From Octopus sinensis (taxonomy: Eukaryota), in NCBI RefSeq assembly GCF_006345805.1, contig NC_043022.1, positions 19,034,001 to 19,098,000 of the forward strand: DNA of 64,000 nt. The letters are read 5' to 3'. Made by a program: the position numbers and the translations under genes. Positions 63,929 to 64,000 of this stretch are shown here, piece by piece. Positions within the stretch are counted from its first letter, which is position 1, and the number at the start of each line of letters is the position of its first letter. The notes under the pieces were generated by a model, which did no database searches, was not told the origin of the DNA, and saw only the letters and a program-made list of their open reading frames with translations.

Positions 63929-64000
63929 TTTGGAAATAAAATGGCTAAATGAAACCACGAAGGCTATGAGAATTTTTTCTTTTAAATTTTGCCCACAAGG

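Larger units (their letters stand above)
57947..64000 (-). mobile_element. Near full-length Tx1/L1-clade LINE
   Basis: ORF1, ORF2, 3' UTR and tail GTGGCTAATAAAGAAAC; the 5' end is at or beyond the window edge. Confidence 0.9.

Overview
Eukaryotic, almost entirely repetitive DNA. The SINE families, PLE/Tx1/RTE/CR1 mix and very high (TA)n/(CA)n/(TACA)n density suggest an Octopus-like cephalopod genome (inference; no database search was run). I can support no host protein-coding exon, rRNA or CRISPR array, and most ORFs in the track are microsatellite read-throughs. Large elements: a full-length but disabled hAT transposon (16291-20104), a 5'-truncated Ty3/Gypsy-type LTR element with nearly intact pol and 3' LTR (29274-32337), and a near full-length disabled Tx1/L1-clade LINE (57947-64000, minus). 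Smaller ones: relics of Tx1, RTE, CR1, RLE-type and Penelope-like elements; non-autonomous Helitrons; three tRNA-derived SINE families (my labels S1-S3); 13 copies of a GG..CC, 8-bp-TSD MITE carrying telomeric repeats; and a decayed tRNA-His-like gene. Most interesting observations: (1) SINE S2 shares its 3' tail with Tx1 LINEs, and a putative Tx1 3' end and S2 tails join S2 at the same nucleotide, suggesting a LINE/SINE pair that targets the SINE itself; (2) about a dozen hammerhead-ribozyme motifs in several families, including long-stem-II and 8-nt-core variants; (3) two MITE families with different TIRs share a telomere/G4 module; (4) the LTR element has a DIRS-like RNase H signature and a -1 frameshift signal.
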